From the NCBI GenBank assembly GCA_018402295.1, contig JAGYJI010000005.1:77067-141066 (forward strand): a stretch of DNA of 64,000 nucleotides, given 5' to 3'. A program made the translations under genes and the position numbers. Of this stretch, positions 43,184 through 54,472 are shown piece after piece (the first letter of the stretch is position 1; every line of letters starts with the position of its first letter). Under the pieces are notes generated by a model. It did no database searches, was not told the DNA's origin, and was given only the letters and a program-made list of their open reading frames with translations. The DNA is from Pontimonas sp. GTDB lineage: Bacteria > Actinomycetota > Actinomycetes > Actinomycetales > Microbacteriaceae.

Positions 43184-43858
43184 ATGGGACACACCTTCAC
43201 TCTGACGCCCGATGCGGCACGTCAAGACCTTGTGACTTTTCTTGAACGAGCGGCTCGCGTCAATAACGGGTCTGCCCGGTTAGTCGCCGCGGGAGGTCAC
43301 CTTCAGGTCTATGTGGGGATTCTTTTCCCCAGAGGTCTCCTGGATAGGACCCCCACTGTTCTTGGCTTGCGCGTGTTTGCGCTGCAGGAGTCTCAAGAAT
43401 TTGATGTGGTGGTGCCCATCGACGCTCTTGTCTCCCGCGTGACAGCAGCGCTGGAGCGTGAGGAGAAGGAACTGGGAACACCCGGTGAGGTCGCTTCTCT
43501 GGCCTGGGCGGCCATTACGCCTCCCCGGGAGGGGTGGCGCCGACGGCTCAGTGTTGCCAACTCTGTTCTTTCGGAGGCCGCCGCGGCGGGCATCACCGCA
43601 GTCGCGGAGGCGGTGCCGGGTTCCATTGGGGAATCAGTGCTGCAGAAAGTTCGCGCGGAGGTGTGGGGTTCCCCCATTGCCCAGAATAAGAAGATTCCCG
43701 CGGGAGCCGCTTTTGCGGCGGACGCTCTGGGTTTCCTGGGTGACAAATCCCTGCAGGTCCATACTCTCGAGAACTGGCTGCGCCTCTCGAGTAAATCTGG
43801 TTACGTGATGGTCAAGTTCCCCGGTGGCCACGATTTCGGGCCAGATGAGGGGGACTAG
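43184..43858 (+). CDS. Conserved actinobacterial hypothetical protein
   Basis: Coherent ORF filling the tesB-globin gap; WAAITPPREGW and AAFAADALGFL. Confidence 0.7.
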   Translation: MGHTFTLTPDAARQDLVTFLERAARVNNGSARLVAAGGHLQVYVGILFPRGLLDRTPTVLGLRVFALQESQEFDVVVPIDALVSRVTAALEREEKELGTPGEVASLAWAAITPPREGWRRRLSVANSVLSEAAAAGITAVAEAVPGSIGESVLQKVRAEVWGSPIAQNKKIPAGAAFAADALGFLGDKSLQVHTLENWLRLSSKSGYVMVKFPGGHDFGPDEGD

Positions 43859-44244
43859 TCCTCGAAGGTGTTGACCATGGAGAGCGCCGCGCGCTCAAAG
43901 TAGTCCCACATTTCGCCGTCATCCAGGGGTGCGAGCTCCAGAGTGTTGAGCGCTTTTCTCATGTGGGTGAGCCACCGTTCCCTCGCCTCGGGGTTCACTT
44001 TGAAGGGAGCGTGCCGCATCCGCAGGCGCGGGTGACCGCGCTGTTCGCTATAGGTTTGCGGGCCACCAAAGTACTGCTGGAGAAAGGCCGAGAGTCTCCA
44101 GATGGCTCCCTCGAGATCATCCTCGGGATACAGCGGCAACAGCACTGAATCTGTTCGGATTCCCTCATAGAAGGCCCGGACGAGAAGATCAAAAGATTCT
44201 GACCCGCCGATGCGGTCATAGAGTGCGGGGTGTGCGTCCGGCAT
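43855..44244 (-). CDS. glbO: Group II truncated hemoglobin
   Basis: LYDRIGG, FY, YFGGP..YSEQRGHPRLRMRH and WL..M motifs. Confidence 0.9.
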   Translation of the reverse strand: MPDAHPALYDRIGGSESFDLLVRAFYEGIRTDSVLLPLYPEDDLEGAIWRLSAFLQQYFGGPQTYSEQRGHPRLRMRHAPFKVNPEARERWLTHMRKALNTLELAPLDDGEMWDYFERAALSMVNTFED

Positions 44245-44248
44245 CGAG

Positions 44249-45218
44249 CTAGGCGTCGTCCTTCGAGGCCTCGCCTGCGGCGTCAGCGTCAGAGGTGCGG
44301 CGCCCCGAGCTACGGGACCTCTCGGAATTGTCGACCACCATGCGGTTCAGCGCCGGGATGTCGACGTGTCGCTGGTCGAGAGAGTCTTTGAGTGCTCGAT
44401 ACAGAGCTCGTTCGGCGGCCCACTGTTCGCCGGCTCGCACTTTGACGACGAGTCGCAACGTGACGGCCTCCGCGCTGAGAGATTGAACCCCCCACACCTC
44501 GGGGTCTTCCATAATCTTTCTGCGCCATTCGGGAGCTGGCGGCAAACTCTTGTGCTGATTCGAGGAGCAGGTTCTGGATGTCGTCGATGTTGGAGTCGTA
44601 GGGAACCGGAAGGTCAAGGATGACTCGTGACCAATCTTGGGTCTTGTTCCCCACCCGAAGAATTTCGCCGTTTCGCACAAACCACAGGGTTCCCGACACA
44701 TCCCTGATTTCGGTAATGCGGATGCCCACACGCTCGACGACACCTTCGGCAATTCCCAAATCCACCACGTCGCCCACCCCGAGCTGATCCTCAAACACCA
44801 TGAAGAGACCGTTGAGCACATCCTTGATGATCGACTGGGCCCCAAATCCCAGAGCTGCCCCGAGGATTCCCGCACTGGCCACCAGAGCGGTGACGGAGAA
44901 ACCCAGTTCGGTGAGCGCAAGAATCGACACCACAATCACAATGACCCAGGTCGAGGTGTTGTTGAGAACGGACCCCAATGTTCTCGTGCGCTGCACCGAG
45001 CGCATTGCGGAGATAGGACTGGCGTTGAGCTCCTGGGTGTCGTCCACCTTGTTGGCTCGCTTCACGCCTTGCACCACCTGGTTCACGATGCGGCGAATGA
45101 CAACACGCAGGATGAGACTTGCCGCAATGCCGGCGACGACAACACCGATGATGCGAAGGGCTGACCCGTATCCACCGAGAGCGTCGGTGAACGAGTCCCA
45201 GAGGTCCGCTAGCTCCAT
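44249..45218 (-). CDS. MscS-family mechanosensitive channel (indel near 44538)
   Basis: LGFGAQSIIKD, EDQLGVGD, VRNGEI; C-terminal EQWAAERAL in the shifted frame. Confidence 0.88.
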
Positions 45219-45240
45219 ACCCTCATGCTAGAGCGTTGGC

Positions 45241-47801
45241 CTATGAGCCGGCGTGTGCCGCATCTACAGCCTGAACTCTCAGTGCTCGCTCCACGCCGGC
45301 AAGATTCTCTTCCACAATTCGTCGAAGCGCGGGGATTTTTGGGTGAGAATCCAGCCATTGGCGAGATTTGGTGACGAGGTTCTTCGACGCGAGGGAGCTG
45401 GGATAGAGACCCTCAGCAAGGTATTCCGCAATCTTGTAGGTCCGCTGATTCCAGATGGATTCCACCATGGCGAAGTACTCATCGACAAGTGGCTCCAGTG
45501 CGCTCTGATCATTGACCAGGTCGTAGCCCAGTGTCAACGAGCGCACAATCGCATTGGGGGTGTCATCTGAGGAGACCAGCTGGTCAAAGACCGCTTTCTT
45601 GTCCTTCCCTCCCGGCAACAGTGACCGCGCTCTGGCGGCTGCTTGCTGACCGTTGGAGGTGTTGTCCTCTGCGAGTGCTGCGTCAATATCTCCTGGCCCC
45701 ACGGCGCCGCAGAGTGCGAGCCCTGACAGGAGCTCCCAGGAGAGGTCAGTGTCAATGGTGAGCCCCTCGAGACGGAGGTCCCCTTCGCGCAGAGAACGGA
45801 GAATGTCGGCGTGCTCCGACGTGGAGGCAAGGGTGGCAAATGCTTTGACTAGTTGAAATTGTGCATCGCTACCGGCGGCCGCAGAGCGGGCCAACTCCCA
45901 CACTCGAGTCCCCACATCTTTGAGGACTGCAGCGCGCCTCGCGGGGGAGACATAGTTTCGCGCCACCAGGGACAGTTGCCCGAGGGCTGTTCTGATGGTG
46001 GTGCTCTCAGATTCGTGGGCAATGTTTCCCAGGACAAGCTCGATGAATTCTGCAGGAGGGGTTTCGGCGTCCCTCGTGGAATCCCAGAGGCTACCCCAGA
46101 TGAGGGCACGAGCCAACGGGCTTGCCACCCGGGAAAGGTCTGTGACAGCGGTGACCCGAGAGTGCTCATCGAGGCGAATCTTTGCGTAGGCGAGGTCGTC
46201 GTCGTTGATCAGGATGAGTTCCGGGCGAACCTGGCCGAGAGCTTCGGTCACCTCCGAGAGCTCACCGTCAATGTCGAGTTCGGTGCGCCAGACTCGCTGG
46301 AGAACGCCGTCCTCTGCGGAGTTGTAGAAGCCCACCGCCAGACGGTGTGGCCGAAGCGTCGGCCACTCGTCGGGGCGGTTTGTCTAATCTGGAAGTCCGT
46401 GATCACGCCGGCAGCATCCACCGAGACCTCGGGGTAGAGGGTGTTGACTCCCGCTGTTTCCAACCACAGTTCACTCCAGTGGCGGAGCTTGCGGCCAGAA
46501 GTATCTTCGAGTTCCTCCAGCAAATCCGACAGGGTGGCATTACTCCACTGGTGTTTCACGAAGTAGTTGTGCACTCCACGGAAGAACGCCTCTTCACCCA
46601 CCCAGGCCACCAATTGTTTGAGAACTGAACCACCCTTGGCGTAGGTAATGCCATCGAAATTAACCTGGACATCTTCGATGTCTCGAATATTCGCCACAAT
46701 CGGGTGGGTGGAGGGCAGCTGATCCTGGCGGTAAGCCCAGGACTTTTCCATGGCTTGGAAAGTCGTCCACGCCTCTGTCCACTCAGTCGCTTCGGCGGTG
46801 GCAATGGTGGACGCCCATTCGGCAAAAGATTCGTTTAGCCAGAGATCGTTCCACCAGCGCATGGTGACGAGATCCCCAAACCACATGTGCGCAAGCTCGT
46901 GGAGGATGGTGACCACTCGGCGCTCGCGAACAGCATCGGACACCTGGGACCGGAAAACATAGCTCTCGGTGAAGGTGACAGCACCCGCATTCTCCATGGC
47001 CCCCGCGTTGAATTCCGGCACGAAGAGCTGGTCGTATTTCTCAAACGGATAGGGAACACCGAAGCGCCTTTCGAAATACTCAAACCCCTTCCGGGTGATG
47101 TCGAGGATGTAGTCGGTGTCGAGGTACTGGGAGAGCGACTTCCGGGAGAAGACGCCCAAGGGAATCGTTTTTCCACTCGAGCTCACCAGTTCATCCCGGA
47201 CGGCCTCGTAGGGCCCGGCAACCAACGCCGTGATGTAGGACGAAATACGCGGGGTCGCACCAAAAGCCCAGGTCGAGCCGTTCTCGGTCGCAGTGGGCTC
47301 GGGTGTGGGTTGGTTGCTCACCACCTGCCAATGGTTCGGCGCGTGGATGGTAAAGCGAAAAGTTGCTTTCAGGTCGGGTTGCTCGAATACCGGGAACACT
47401 CGCCTAGAGTCGGGAACCTCAAACTGCGTGTACAGGTAAATTTCGTCATCCACCGGGTCAACGAATCGGTGTAAACCCTCGCCGGAGTTTGTGTAGGAAA
47501 AATCTGCCTCAATCTCGAGGGTGTTGTCCGCTTTCAGTCCAGTCAGCAAAATCCGGGAGTCGTCAAACACGTCTGCCGGGTCAAGCTCCTGCCCGTTGAG
47601 AACAACGCGGTGGACTGTGTGGGCAATGGCGTCGATAAAGGATGACTCCCCGGGTTCGGCAAGGAAGGTGACGGTAGACGTAGTGCGGAAGGTAGGCGAT
47701 GAGGCCACTTCCCGGAGGTCAATCTCGATGTCGTAGCCCTTGACGGTGATGAGCCGTGATCGTGTGAAGGCTTCTACTTTGGTGAGATTCTCGCCGGGCA
47801 C
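45241..47801 (-). CDS. pepN: Aminopeptidase N, M1 family (base missing near 46372)
   Basis: MPGENLT start, GAMEN, HELAHMWFGDLVT..WLNES; AAGGAG ribosome-binding site. Confidence 0.94.
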
Positions 47802-47904
47802 ACCGTCTCCTTAACACGTCGTGAGCGCGGAGAGACACTCCGCTCGCCCCACAGGGGCGCATCACAACAAGCCTACGACCTCGCGGTCGACCGAGTAGCC
47901 GAGG

Positions 47905-49044
47905 TTACTTCTGGTCGCTCTCGATGTCGATGGTGACCGGCTCTGCCTCTGGCAGGGGTTCTTCAGCGCCCGATCCGCCCGTAATCAACTTGGTGTCTGC
48001 TGTGAGCTTCGGGGGCTGAATGTTGGTGATTTCCATGTCGACCTCGGTCGCCGCCTGGCGCATCCGCTGCAGGTAATCGTTGAGGTAAGACTGCTGACGA
48101 CGAATGTCGGAGAGCTGACTCTCGGTGTCCGAGAGCATCGTGTTGACAAGCTCTTCGGTGTCGCGGGCGATGGCTCGAGAGCGCTGAACTGTTTCCGCGA
48201 TCAGACGCTCAGCGTAGCCACGAGCTTCCTTGGTGAGTTCGTCAGCGCGACGCTGTGAGGTTTCCAAGACCTGATCGGCTTCTTGTCCGAGGTCTTGGGC
48301 GCGCTTGGCGGCGGTTTGAACGTGCTCGTCGGCTTGCTGATAAGCCTTCTGGGCGTAGTTGTCGGCTTCTTCGTGAATGGCCGCGCGGGCGCGTTCCGCC
48401 TCATCGATTTGCTGACGAATACTGGCGTCGGTCGCGACGGCCCGCTCTTGGGCTGCGTGCAGAAGTTCGGATGCTTCGCGCTTGACCTGTTCAACCTGAC
48501 GAGACGCCTCAGCCTTGATTTCTGATACTTGTTTCTCCGCTTGGCTCACCATGGTGGCCGCAGCGCGCTCTGCGCGGGTGCGAGTGTTGGTGGCCTTGGC
48601 GATTTCGTCTGCTGCCTGCTGGCGAAGTTGTGCGGCCTCGCGCTCACTGTCGAGACGGAGGTCCTCTGCCGCGCGCTGCGCGTCGGACAGGATTTTCCGT
48701 GACTCTTTTGCGGCGGTTTCCCTGACTCGGGTGGCTTCACTTCGAGCGTTCCCGAGAACCTCGGTCGCCTCACCGGCTGCCTCTTCGGTGATCTTGCGGG
48801 ACTGCTCTTCGGCAAGACGGAGGGTCTCTTCGAAGGCGGAACCGAGTTCAGCGAAACTGGGCTTTGCGCGGGATGCGCGCTCATTGGCGTCTTGCGCGTC
48901 ACGGGAAAGGCGCTGAATGGTCCGTTGGTTCTCGGCGCGCTCGTTCTCTAGGCGCTCGAGGCGCTCCGAAAGGTCGCGAACGAAACGTTCGACGTCATCG
49001 GTGTCGTAACCGCGTACCGCACGACGAAAATCAGGAATGCTCAC
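47905..49044 (-). CDS. DivIVA-domain long coiled-coil protein, FilP/Scy-like
   Basis: FRRAVRGYDTDDV DivIVA motif, PSFAELG..EETLRLAEEQ, Ala/Glu/Arg-rich rod; AAGGAG before GTG 49044. Confidence 0.78.
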   Translation of the reverse strand: MSIPDFRRAVRGYDTDDVERFVRDLSERLERLENERAENQRTIQRLSRDAQDANERASRAKPSFAELGSAFEETLRLAEEQSRKITEEAAGEATEVLGNARSEATRVRETAAKESRKILSDAQRAAEDLRLDSEREAAQLRQQAADEIAKATNTRTRAERAAATMVSQAEKQVSEIKAEASRQVEQVKREASELLHAAQERAVATDASIRQQIDEAERARAAIHEEADNYAQKAYQQADEHVQTAAKRAQDLGQEADQVLETSQRRADELTKEARGYAERLIAETVQRSRAIARDTEELVNTMLSDTESQLSDIRRQQSYLNDYLQRMRQAATEVDMEITNIQPPKLTADTKLITGGSGAEEPLPEAEPVTIDIESDQK

Positions 49045-49159
49045 ACCAAGGCTCCTTGCCACAGACGCTTCCCAGGATAGGGGAAAACGCGGTGTCCCGC
49101 ATCGTCGTAACTAAAACGGTATCGATTTGCGAAACGCGCCCACTTTATAGACTGAGGGC

Positions 49160-49648
49160 ATGCGCATCCATATCGCCACCGATCATGCAGGCCTGGAATT
49201 TAGTAAGGACCTCAAAGAGCATCTGGAGCTCGAGGGTCACGAGGTCATTGACCACGGTCCGGAGGCTTTTGACCCGCTGGATGACTACCCGAGTTTCTGT
49301 ATTCGGGCCGCTCGGGGAGTGGTGAGCGACCAGGCCGCAGGAATCGAGGCGCTCGGCGTGGTGTTCGGAGGCTCGGGAAATGGTGAGCAAATGGCTGCCA
49401 ACAAGGTGATGGGGGCTAGGGCCGCACTGGTGTGGAATGTGGACACCGCTGTGCTTGCCCGCGAGCACAACAATGCCAACGTGTGTGCCATTGGGGCGAG
49501 GCAACACAGTATCGATGAGGCTGTCCTCTTCATCGACACCTTTATTCGAACTCCTTTTCCCGGTGACGAGCGCCATGTTCGGCGGATCACTCAGCTGGCG
49601 GAATACGAGACAACGGGGGCTATTGCCGGTTTCTCTCTCGAGGACTAG
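49160..49648 (+). CDS. rpiB: Ribose-5-phosphate isomerase B
   Basis: DHAG, DDYP, GGSGNGE, REHNNAN and RHVRRI motifs. Confidence 0.94.
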   Translation: MRIHIATDHAGLEFSKDLKEHLELEGHEVIDHGPEAFDPLDDYPSFCIRAARGVVSDQAAGIEALGVVFGGSGNGEQMAANKVMGARAALVWNVDTAVLAREHNNANVCAIGARQHSIDEAVLFIDTFIRTPFPGDERHVRRITQLAEYETTGAIAGFSLED

Positions 49649-49656
49649 GACTCTCC

Positions 49657-50574
49657 ATGCCTGAGGGTCACACCGTTCACCGGATTGCGGGGCTGTTTCG
49701 TGACGTTTTTCAAGGCCAGAGCGTGGCGGCCTCGTCCCCTCAAGGCCGGTTTCACGACGGCGCCCAACTGATTTCGGGCTCGGTTTTGGAACGCGCCGAA
49801 GCCCGGGGCAAGCAGCTTTTTCTGCATTTTGAGCGAGATCGCATCGTGCGAGTGCATCTGGGAATTTACGGGGCCTGGGATGTGATGACACTGCACGGTG
49901 AGAGCGTGCGCGCGGGGTCACCCCAGACGCTATCGCTCGGGGCTCCCCGAGCGACCAGGCGTCGCATCGGAGAGCGCGAAGAATCCTTCGACGCCGATGA
50001 GCCCTTTCCCCCAGCACCGAGAGGGGCTGTGCGCTTGCGGCTGGAAACTCTCGATGTTGTCGCCGATCTTCGCGGGCCCACGGCGTGTGAGGTTCAGACA
50101 CCGGAGGAGGTAGCCGCGGTCATGGCGAGGCTGGGGCCTGATCCTTTGCTGGACAAGGGAATTCGGGGTCAGCGTGAGTTCGTCCGCAGAGTCAGTTCCA
50201 CCTCCCGACCGATTGGGATGGTGTTGATGGATCAGGCGGTCGTCAGCGGAATCGGCAATGTTTATCGCGCGGAGATTTTGTTCCGACACGCTCTTGACCC
50301 CTACCGACCGGCGTCCTCACTTCCCGAGGAGACAGTGGTGACGCTCTGGAAAGATTGGGCAAAGCTTCTCGCCGACGGAGTGAAGACCGGTGTGATGCTC
50401 ACCAGACATGATCTGGATGCCTCCGGGCGAACGCGGGCTTTGCGTGTGGCGAAGGACCGCTATTTTGTCTATAAGCGCGAGGGCCTGCCCTGTCGCGTTT
50501 GTGGCACTCACGTCCAGATGGCATTGATGGCGACTCGTAAGCTCTATTTCTGCCCTCACTGCCAAGCCTCCTGA
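49657..50574 (+). CDS. nei: Fpg/Nei-family DNA glycosylase (Nei type)
   Basis: MPEGH, RGK, HLG, GIGNVYRAE; C-terminal CxxC..CxxCQ zinc finger. Confidence 0.9.
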   Translation: MPEGHTVHRIAGLFRDVFQGQSVAASSPQGRFHDGAQLISGSVLERAEARGKQLFLHFERDRIVRVHLGIYGAWDVMTLHGESVRAGSPQTLSLGAPRATRRRIGEREESFDADEPFPPAPRGAVRLRLETLDVVADLRGPTACEVQTPEEVAAVMARLGPDPLLDKGIRGQREFVRRVSSTSRPIGMVLMDQAVVSGIGNVYRAEILFRHALDPYRPASSLPEETVVTLWKDWAKLLADGVKTGVMLTRHDLDASGRTRALRVAKDRYFVYKREGLPCRVCGTHVQMALMATRKLYFCPHCQAS

Positions 50575-50585
50575 AAGGACCACCC

Positions 50586-52085
50586 GTGATTCTGACTCGC
50601 GCGAAACGCTGGGGTTCCCCGGCCGGTGAGCTGGTGGACATTGTCATCGAGGGCGAGTGGATCACGCAGGTTGTTCCCTCAGGGACCGCTGCCCTCGGGG
50701 ATCACGAGGTCATTGACCTCGAGGAGCGGGTGGTCACTCCCGGTTTGTGGGATGAACACGTCCACTTCACGCTCTGGGCCCAACACCGCCGACGCGTTTC
50801 TTTGGTGGGGGCATCCTCCGCAGCTGACGCAGCGAGAGTCATGGGTGAGGCTGTGGCCACCAACGCCTCCCAGTCCACCCCTGATCCCCTCGTCGTCGGT
50901 GCTGGCTATCGAGATGGTCTCTGGAAAGACCAGAAAACGACGAAGCTTCTGGATGAGGCCACCGGTGACACCCCGGTGATTCTGATTTCGGTGGACGTTC
51001 ATTCGGCCTGGGTGAACTCGGCGACGTTGCGCCACTTTGGGGTGACGGGTCACGACATCGATGGTGTGATCACGGAACGCGAGTGGTTCGATTTAGCCCG
51101 TCGAGCCAACGATTTTGATAACGCCACCCTTGACGAGTGGGCCATGGATGCCGCTCGGCATGCTGCCAGCCGCGGAGTGGTCGGCATCGTGGATTTGGAA
51201 ATGCGCTACAACGCTCCCGATTGGATTCGACGGGCTGAGGCGGCGGGCGGTCGCTATCCGCTTCGAGTGGAGGCCGGGGTGTACCCGGATGACCTTGACC
51301 AGGCCATTGCGGAGGGGCTTTCGAGTGGCCAGGAGCTGGCTCCCGGTGTCACGGTCGGACCGTTCAAAATCATCACCGATGGGTCTTTGAATACTCGCAC
51401 CGCGCACTGCACCGAGCCCTACCTCACCGTGTCGCCCCCGGAATACGGGGCGATGAACTTCCCACCCCACGAAATTGCAGCGATTCTCACGAAAGCTCAG
51501 GCCGCAGGTTTTTGGCTGGCCGTCCACGCGATTGGCGATGAAGCCAATCGCATCATCCTGGACATTTTCGAGGAGCACGATTTGCGCGGTCGGATTGAGC
51601 ACGCTCAGTTGGTGCGTGAACAAGATTTTCCCCGCTTCAGTCAGCTCGGCATCACCGCGAGCGTTCAGCCCGAGCATGCCGTAGATGATCGCGATGTGAC
51701 CGACGTCTACTGGGCTGACCGGGTTAATCGCGCGTTTGCGCTTCGTCGACTGGTGGATTCCGGAGCCTCGCTCGTGTTGGGGTCTGACGCTCCGGTGTCA
51801 CCGTTAGATCCGTGGGTGAGTATTGCGGCGGCAGTCACCAGGACTCGAGATGGCCGGGAGCCTTGGCACCACGAACAAGCATTGAGCCTGGAAGAAGCCC
51901 TCGGTTTCTCCCATCGAAGCCAGCTGGAGGTCTCCCAGCCGGCAGATCTTGCGGTGCTGGATGCGGACCCGCGGTGGCTCATGGATGCTCTGGCTGGCGA
52001 CATGGCTAAAGCCAGTGATGCTCTTCGCCAGATGCCGGTTGCGCTCACCATCTGTGCGGGAGTCGTGACGCATCGGGAGCTGTAA
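50586..52085 (+). CDS. Metal-dependent amidohydrolase (YtcJ-like)
   Basis: PGLWDEHVH, DGSL, HAIGD, RIEHAQ and GSDAPV motifs. Confidence 0.88.
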   Translation: MILTRAKRWGSPAGELVDIVIEGEWITQVVPSGTAALGDHEVIDLEERVVTPGLWDEHVHFTLWAQHRRRVSLVGASSAADAARVMGEAVATNASQSTPDPLVVGAGYRDGLWKDQKTTKLLDEATGDTPVILISVDVHSAWVNSATLRHFGVTGHDIDGVITEREWFDLARRANDFDNATLDEWAMDAARHAASRGVVGIVDLEMRYNAPDWIRRAEAAGGRYPLRVEAGVYPDDLDQAIAEGLSSGQELAPGVTVGPFKIITDGSLNTRTAHCTEPYLTVSPPEYGAMNFPPHEIAAILTKAQAAGFWLAVHAIGDEANRIILDIFEEHDLRGRIEHAQLVREQDFPRFSQLGITASVQPEHAVDDRDVTDVYWADRVNRAFALRRLVDSGASLVLGSDAPVSPLDPWVSIAAAVTRTRDGREPWHHEQALSLEEALGFSHRSQLEVSQPADLAVLDADPRWLMDALAGDMAKASDALRQMPVALTICAGVVTHREL

Positions 52086-52089
52086 ACAG

Positions 52090-52163
52090 TGGAGGGGATG
52101 ACGGGAATCGAACCCGCACCATCAGTTTGGAAGACTGAGGCTCTACCATTGAGCTACATCCCC
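52090..52163 (-). tRNA. tRNA-Gly(TCC), CCA encoded
   Basis: GGGGATG acceptor stem, anticodon arm TCAGT-CTTCCAA-ACTGA, GGTTCGATTCC T-arm. Confidence 0.96.
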
Positions 52164-52304
52164 GAGGGTGGTGTTACCAATCCATGATGCTACTGCATCG
52201 GGAGCCAGCGACACTTCCTTCGGCGCACATTCCGGCTAGACTTCCTAAGGTTGTTCGCCGGGTCACCACACACCGTGCCACGAAGGTGAATCGCTGTGGA
52301 CCAT

Positions 52305-52378
52305 CGGGGCGTAGCTCAGCTTGGTAGAGCACCCGCTTTGGGAGCGGGAAGTCGCAGGTTCAAATCCTGTCGCCCCGA
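52305..52378 (+). tRNA. tRNA-Pro(TGG), CCA not encoded
   Basis: CGGGGCG acceptor stem, CCCGC-TTTGGGA-GCGGG anticodon arm, GGTTCAAATCC T-arm. Confidence 0.96.
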
Positions 52379-52414
52379 CGGAAAGAAAAAACACAAGTTA
52401 GTTGGAGAAAAGCT

Positions 52415-53759
52415 GTGCCCACCACCACAAAAGAGTCCCTCAGCCCCACCCGTGTTCGCCTGAGCATCACAGTCACCCCGGAGGAGCTCAAGCCCAGTCT
52501 TGATCACGCCTACCAGCACATCGCGGAGGAAATCCAGATTCCTGGTTTCCGCAAGGGCAAGGTTCCCCCTCCCATCATCGACCAGCGGGTCGGTCGCGGC
52601 GAGGTCCTCAACCACGCCGTGAGTGAAGGGATCGATCGTTTTTTCCAGCTCGCTGTTGCCGAGGAAAAAGTTCGGACCCTGGGTCGCCCCGAAGCGGATG
52701 TGACTCAGTGGCCGAGCGACAAAGATTTTTCCGGTGACTTAGTTGTCACTGTTGAGGTCGATGTTCGACCGGACTTTGAGCTGCCGAAGTTTGAGAAGTA
52801 CACCCTCGAGGTGGAGCCCATCATGATCACCCAGGGCAACGTCGACGACGAGCTGGACGCTTTGCGCTCTCGCTTTGGAAACCTGGTCACCGTGGACCGG
52901 CCCGCAACTAAAGGCGACTTCGTCCAAATTGATTTGATTGCCAAGATTGGTGACTCCACCATCGACTCTGCTTCCTCCATCAGCTACGAGATGGGCTCCG
53001 GTCAACTCATCGATGGCATCGATGAGGCACTGGACACCTTGACCGCAGGGGAGACCACCACCTTTGAGTCCAAGTTGCTTGGCGGTGACCGCGAAGGAGA
53101 AACGGCTTTGATTGAGGTCACCGTGTTGAGCGTGAAGGAGCGGGAGCTTCCCGAAGCCGATGATGACTTTGCTCAGATTGCGAGCCAATTCGACACCATC
53201 ACAGAGTTGCGCGAAGACCTCAAGAAGCAGGCTGAGCGCAAAGGAATGTTTGGTCAGGCCCAGGAGGCTCGGGACAAACTGGTGGAAAAGATGCTTGCTG
53301 AGGTCACCATGCCACTGCCCCAGGGTGTGGTGGATGCCGAAGTTAACCGCCACCTCGAGCAGGAGGGTCGCCTGGAGGATGACAAGCACCGAGCTGAGGT
53401 CGTCGAATCCACCGGGAAGAGCCTGCGAACCCAACTCCTGCTCGATGCCCTAGTCGAGAAGCTAGAGGTTCAGGTGTCCCAGGATGAGCTGACTCAGTAC
53501 TTGATGCAGTCGGCCAGCCAATACGGCATGGAGCCCACCGAGTTCATCCAGTCGCTGGACCAAAATGGCCAGATTCCCTCCATGGTGGGTGAGGTTGCTC
53601 GCTCAAAGTCACTCTCCGTTGCGCTGGCTCACCGTGAACGTGAAGGACACCAAGGGCAAGAAGGTTGACCTGAGCGAGTTCACCAGCACCGCCACCGATC
53701 CCGTGGAAGACGCAGTGGCTCAGGCTGTTGCGGATAACCACGAGGACCACGACCACTAA
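52415..53759 (+). CDS. tig: Trigger factor (indel near 53630)
   Basis: [10 protein letters not shown] ribosome-binding motif, FKBP-like domain; corrected C-terminus [14 protein letters not shown]. Confidence 0.95.
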
Positions 53760-53768
53760 GCCACGCCA

Positions 53769-53785
53769 CTCTGCCGAGGGCGAAC
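53769..53785. promoter_or_regulatory. Candidate ClgR operator upstream of clpP1P2
   Basis: Minus strand reads GTTCGC-CCTCG-GCA, one mismatch from the GTTCGC-N5-GCG ClgR motif; TACGCT -10 element at 53814-53819. Confidence 0.6.
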
Positions 53786-53866
53786 ACCCCCGGTTGGCGC
53801 CTGGTGCTCTGTGTACGCTCGGGGTACCAAGGCTTTGAATCCGTAGAGGAGAACACCATCGTGACC

Positions 53867-54463
53867 ATGGCAGAAACCATGATGCAACCCAATGTCTTTG
53901 ACCGGTTGCTGAAGGATCGCATTATTTGGCTGGGCTCTGAGGTTCGTGATGACAATGCGAACGAGATTGCCGCGAAGCTGTTGCTGTTGGCTGCCGAAGA
54001 CCCCGAGAGCGACATTTACCTCTACATCAACTCTCCCGGTGGGTCAATCACCGCGGGCATGGCGATCTACGACACCATGCAGTTCGTGCCCAACGACATC
54101 GTGACCGTCGGTATCGGAATGGCTGCCTCCATGGGTCAGCTTCTGCTCACCGCTGGAACCAAGGGCAAGCGCTACATCACCCCCAATGCTCGCGTGCTCT
54201 TGCACCAGCCCCACGGTGGCTTTGGTGGAACCGCCAGTGACATCCAGACTCAGGCGCACCTCATCAACGATATGAAGAAGCGCCTCGCTCAGATCACGGC
54301 CGAAGCAACGGGCAAGACCGTGGATGAAATCATGGCCGATGGTGACCGTGACCGCTGGTTCTCGGCTGATGAAGCACTCGCGTATGGGTTTGTTGACCAC
54401 ATCCGCGCCTCCGCGAGCGACGTTGTCGGCGGCGGCGGAACTGACCAGGGCAAGAAGAAGTAG
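53867..54463 (+). CDS. clpP1: ATP-dependent Clp protease proteolytic subunit 1 (alternative GTG start 53861)
   Basis: LLKDRII, YINSPGG, AASMG and HQP motifs. Confidence 0.95.
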   Translation: MAETMMQPNVFDRLLKDRIIWLGSEVRDDNANEIAAKLLLLAAEDPESDIYLYINSPGGSITAGMAIYDTMQFVPNDIVTVGIGMAASMGQLLLTAGTKGKRYITPNARVLLHQPHGGFGGTASDIQTQAHLINDMKKRLAQITAEATGKTVDEIMADGDRDRWFSADEALAYGFVDHIRASASDVVGGGGTDQGKKK

Positions 54464-54472
54464 GCGGAACTG

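Noticed and set aside
52090-52378. tRNA genes as integration sites for a mobile element
   Set aside because: No integrase, no duplicated tRNA 3' end noticed, and the flanks are ordinary chromosomal genes.
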